Source: Selaginella moellendorffii
Taxonomy: Eukaryota > Plantae > Lycopodiophyta
Assembly: GCF_000143415.4 (NCBI RefSeq)
Contig: NW_003314271.1
Span: forward strand, 1,093,014 to 1,157,013
DNA length: 64,000 nt
Reading direction: 5' to 3'
The notes beneath the pieces are model-generated. The model searched no databases, was not told the DNA's origin, and was given only the letters and a program-made list of their open reading frames with translations. Positions within the stretch are counted from its first letter, which is position 1, and each line of letters starts with the position of its first letter. The position numbers and the translations under genes are program-made. This document shows, one piece after another, positions 60,401 through 64,000 of this stretch.

Positions 60401-60769
60401 GAAACTAGGGAGAAGAAACCGTATGTTCTGGGGGACCTTGCAAAACGGCTTGGAGCAATGGTGATAGAGAACCGGCCAGTCCAGGAGGTGGCTGCAGAAA
60501 TCAACCAAATGGCAGATGGAACGGTATATCAGAAGCCATTTGATCGGACAGACACCAGTCATCATTTATGGCATGTATATTGTCTAGCCAAGCACTATCC
60601 GCATCTCCATAATCTGCTCAACCGGATGGGTTCTTCGACCACTGAACATGAGCATGGACGTATTAGAGAAGAGATGGCATTACTATTGGGTTTAAATCCT
60701 GATAGTGTGGAGAGTGATGAAATTCCAAGATTATTGTATAGGCGTTGGAGGCAAAAAATAACAGTTTGA
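54454..60769 (+). pseudogene. Transposon cargo gene: ParB/Srx-like domain + degenerate N4/N6 DNA-MTase-like fold + disordered/acidic region + FCP1/NIF-like HAD domain; multi-exon and disabled
   Basis: IDVSHID...HRLVSDEWVEKLK...FYAVSGQHSSLA (ParB-like); PEKAP...CIVEYNCGGLFFRAALLKGVPCVAV (MTase-like); IIFYLNGVL...GVWTSM...TQEDC...ILIIDDSPIK (NIF-like). Linked by GT-AG introns of about 50 nt; in-frame stops at 56591, 59805, 60095 and a frameshift near 54958. Confidence 0.6.
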
Positions 60770-61211
60770 GATGGCATGTATTTATTTTAAAATGTAACTT
60801 ATTATGGCATGGGGTTCCATGCCATTGTATTAATATTAAAAGACAATTCTTTGAGAGGATTTGCATTATACTAGAAGTGTTACAACATGTTATTGGAAGT
60901 CTACGAAGTTGTTTTATTAATAATGGGAAAGTAAAGATTGAATGGGGACTTGGGCTCCACCTAGACTCGGAGCAACTGAGCCAATATTAAAAGGATGGAA
61001 AGAAATTGGACGACGATGACAAGGAGAAGAGAGAGGTGAAGCAGTGGCAGGGGGAGGAGAAGTGATTGAGTAGACATTTCCTTGTTTAAAATAAAATGGC
61101 ATGTGCCTCAATGCAGTTGAATTTTGTTATATTTATATACTATATAAAGGTTTAGAAACCTTATTTTACAAGTGGGATAATGACAATTCCCACTTTAACG
61201 AAATAGAGCTT

Positions 61212-62938
61212 TGAACGAAATTATACCACCACCGAGAAAGAAGCTCTCGGCATGATCTACTCACTTCAGAAGTTCCAACACTACATACTGTCAACCAAAG
61301 TCATCCTTTTCGTCAACCACAAAGCACTCCTTTACCTCATCAACAAGCCGATACTATCTGGTTGAATATCAAGATGGTTCCTTTTAGTACAAGAATACAA
61401 CTTCGAGATTGTCCACAAACCCGGCAAAAATCATGAGCAAGCAGACTATCTCAGCCGGATCACCACTGGTGACAAACCTAAAAGACTTACCGATGACTTA
61501 CCCGACTCAAACCTATTCCAAGTTTCAATACCAACAACCTGGCTCGACGACGTCTTCAGTTACCTGAACTCAGCAAAAGTTCCAGATCAGTACTTTACGT
61601 CCGACCAAAAGAAGACTTTTGTTGCTAAAACGCGACGATACTCAGTCATCGGAGGCACTCTCTACAAACTCAGAATTGACAACATTCTTCGCCGATGCAT
61701 CAAGCTGCCAAGCACAACTCAAATCATCAAGGAAGCTCACGATGGACCTTCCAGCAGACACTTTGCCGCTGACACCACAACTTGGAAGATTCTTCAAGCC
61801 AGCCTCTGGTGGCCGACACTCTGGCATGACACTGAAGAATTCTGCAAATGCTGCAACACATGTCAATGACACCAATTACCGCCAAAAACTCAAACTCAAC
61901 AACTCAACCCAACATTCCCAATGGCACCATTTCAGAAATGGGGACTCGACTTCGTCGGACCCCAAGTCAGGACCCATCGACGAAATCAGTACATTGTCAT
62001 CACCACCGATTACACTACCAAGTGGGCCGAAGCAATACCTCTCCAACATGCCACAGTGAAAGCAACAGCAACCTTCATCTACGAAAATATCATCACTCGT
62101 TTCGGCACACCACTCGAACTCGTCACCGACAGAGGCACCCACTTCATCAATGAAACAATCGAACATCTCGCCACCAACTTCAAATCCGACACAAAACGTC
62201 AACACCATACTATCCTCAAGGTAGCGGTCAAGCAGAAGCAACAAACAAAACACTGAAGACCATCCTCAAAAAAGTCATCAACGATTCTGGCAAAGACTGG
62301 GACGATAAACTTCTCGACATACTTTGGGCCTATTGAACTGCTTATAAGGTCAACACCGACATGACACCATTCAAACTCGCCTTCGGAACAGAAGCCATCA
62401 CGCCAATCAAATTCATCGTCCCAAGCATGCAAGTCACCGTCAAGTATAATCTCGACACCCGACATGCAATTCGAGAAAGGCTTCAGCAACTCGAACATCT
62501 CGATGAACTCTGACTCAATGCCCTCTGGACACTTCACGCCATCCAAAAACAGAGAAAAGCTCAGCACGACCGACAAGCATCCTGGCACAACATTCCCAAA
62601 TACAGTGTCGACGATCATGTTCTCTGGTACCGAGGACCCATTGGCAAACTTGGCCGAAAACTCCACACCAAATGGCAAGGACCTTTCAAAATCATTGAAC
62701 TATACCCCAACGGCACTGCCAAAGTCAGCACACTCGCTGAAGACTTCATTGAGATTGTCAACAGCTTCGACCATATCACGTCGACATGTTCAGCATCAGC
62801 ACCTCAGCAAATTTCCGATCCAAACCGATAAACACCCCAAAACCAACAATCGACAATCACCCCGGCAGACAAAATTTAACTCAAATCAGTTCGACACAAC
62901 AACTTGACTCAACACTAACTCATCCACCAACTTCAGCA
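61212..62938 (+). mobile_element. Ty3/gypsy RNase H-integrase fragment
   Basis: ERNYTTTEKEALGMIYSLQKF, ADYLSR, HHCC zinc motif, PFQKWGLDFVGP, DYTTKWAEA, IITRFGTP...TDRGTHF; frameshifted. Confidence 0.88.
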
Positions 62939-64000
62939 AAGCTCTATTTCGTTAAAGTGGGAATTGTCATTATCCCACTTGTAAAATAAGGTTTCCAAAC
63001 CTTTATATAGTATATAAATATAACAAAATTCAACTGCATTGAGGCACATGCCATTTTATTTTAAACAAGGAAATGTCTACTCAATCACTTCTCCTCCCCC
63101 TGCCACTGCTTCACCTCTCTCTTCTCCTTGTCATCGTCGTCCAATTTCTTTCCATCCTTTTAATATTGGCTCAGTTGCTCCGAGTCTAGGTGGAGCCCAA
63201 GTCCCCATTCAATCTTTACTTTCCCATTATTAATAAAACAACTTCGTAGACTTCCAATAACATGCTGTAACACTTCTAGTATAATGCAAATCCTCTCAAA
63301 GAATTGTCTTTTAATATTAATACAATTGCATGGAACACCATGCCATAATAAGTTACATTTTTAAATAAATACATGCCATCTCAGACTGTTATTTTTTGCC
63401 TCCAACGCCTATACAATAATCTTGGAATTTCATCACTCTCCACACTATCAGGATTTAAACCCAATAGTAATGCCATCTCTTCTCTAATACGTCCACGCTC
63501 ATGTTCAGTGGTCGAAGAACCCATCCGGTTGAGCAGATTATGGAGATGCGGATAGTGCTTGGCTAGACAATATACATGCCATAAATGATGACTGGTGTCT
63601 GTCCGATCAAATGGCTTCTGATATACCGTTCCATCTGCCATTTGGTTGATTTCTGCAGCCACCTCCTGGACTGGCCGGTTCTCTATCACCATCGCTCCAA
63701 GCCGTTTTGCAAGGTCCCCCAGAACATACGGTTTCTTCTCCCTAGTTTCCATACTGCAAGAGATGGGGTGCACTGCATATGTGTGCGTGTTCGCTGCAGT
63801 TTTAATCGGCGAGTCATCGATGATGAGGATTTCACTTGAGCTAGCAGTCCGGTTCATCACTACAGCCTCTGGCTTGACGAAGATGGGCTTGCTACCCCTC
63901 ACATGGACCATAGTCAAGCAATCCTCCTGCGTTAGGAGAAAGTCAAATGGTAATATTACTCGCGTCTGATCGTGCATCATCTGTAGCAACGTTAATGCAT
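62939..64000 (-). mobile_element. Right end of a second, inverted copy of the large TIR transposon (runs off the window)
   Basis: Starts AAGCTCTATTTCGTTAAAGTGGGA and is a near-identical reverse complement of 60150-61211, including the NIF-like ORF (63381-63989). Confidence 0.93.

Larger units (their letters stand above)
46781..61117. repeat. Dispersed 22-bp palindrome ATGGCRTG-NGGCCN-CAYGCCAT, about 30 copies
   Basis: Clear copies start at about 47097, 47186, 47786, 47946, 48092, 49434, 49491, 51324, 51482, 53028, 54482, 54559, 54619, 55889, 57388, 57529, 57729, 58258, 58413, 59652, 59727, 60804, 61096, plus degenerate ones. Confidence 0.92.
46555..61211. mobile_element. Large (~14.7 kb) TIR DNA transposon, Sola1/DUF7869-like, carrying a cargo gene
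   Basis: Perfect 24-bp TIR AAGCTCTATTTCGTTAAAGTGGGA at 46555-46578 and its reverse complement at 61188-61211; internal DDD transposase; same terminus at 62939. Confidence 0.85.

Noticed and set aside
46781-61117. Palindrome series as a CRISPR array
   Set aside because: Spacing is irregular (about 60 bp to >1 kb), the copies sit in introns and coding DNA, there are no cas genes, and the context is eukaryotic.

Overview
Eukaryotic nuclear DNA from a non-seed land plant, most likely a Selaginella-type lycophyte. This is an inference from very short introns, tight gene spacing, many PLS-class PPR genes, a nuclear HslU and CVNH lectin remnants. Bases 1-41.7 kb are gene-dense: three PPR genes (one DYW-type), tRNA-iMet, two shikimate kinase paralogues, HslU, CHL27/CRD1, UDP-glucuronate 4-epimerase, a DUF4228 protein, RPA1, a CDKC-like kinase, a PFA-DSP phosphatase, a FAM214/DUF4210 protein, a methyltransferase, Sec61beta, an NDUFA12/NDUFAF2-like gene, two decayed CVNH genes and copia debris. 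From 41.7 kb to the end the window is transposon-derived: two decayed Ty3/gypsy pol segments and a ~14.7-kb DNA transposon (46555-61211) with a perfect 24-bp terminal inverted repeat. The inverted right end of a second copy starts at 62939. The standout is this element. Besides a DDD-type (Sola1/DUF7869-like) transposase, it carries one long spliced cargo gene encoding a ParB/Srx-like domain, a degenerate N4/N6 DNA-methyltransferase-like fold and an FCP1/NIF-like HAD domain. It is studded with about 30 copies of a 22-bp palindrome (ATGGCRTG-NGGCCN-CAYGCCAT), one per intron over a long run of cargo-gene introns, and holds two (TTTAGGG)4 blocks. This looks like a transposon-encoded protein plus cognate-site system (parS/ParB-like self-recognition or VANC-like anti-silencing). 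That function is a hypothesis, and the domain calls come from motif reading, not searches.
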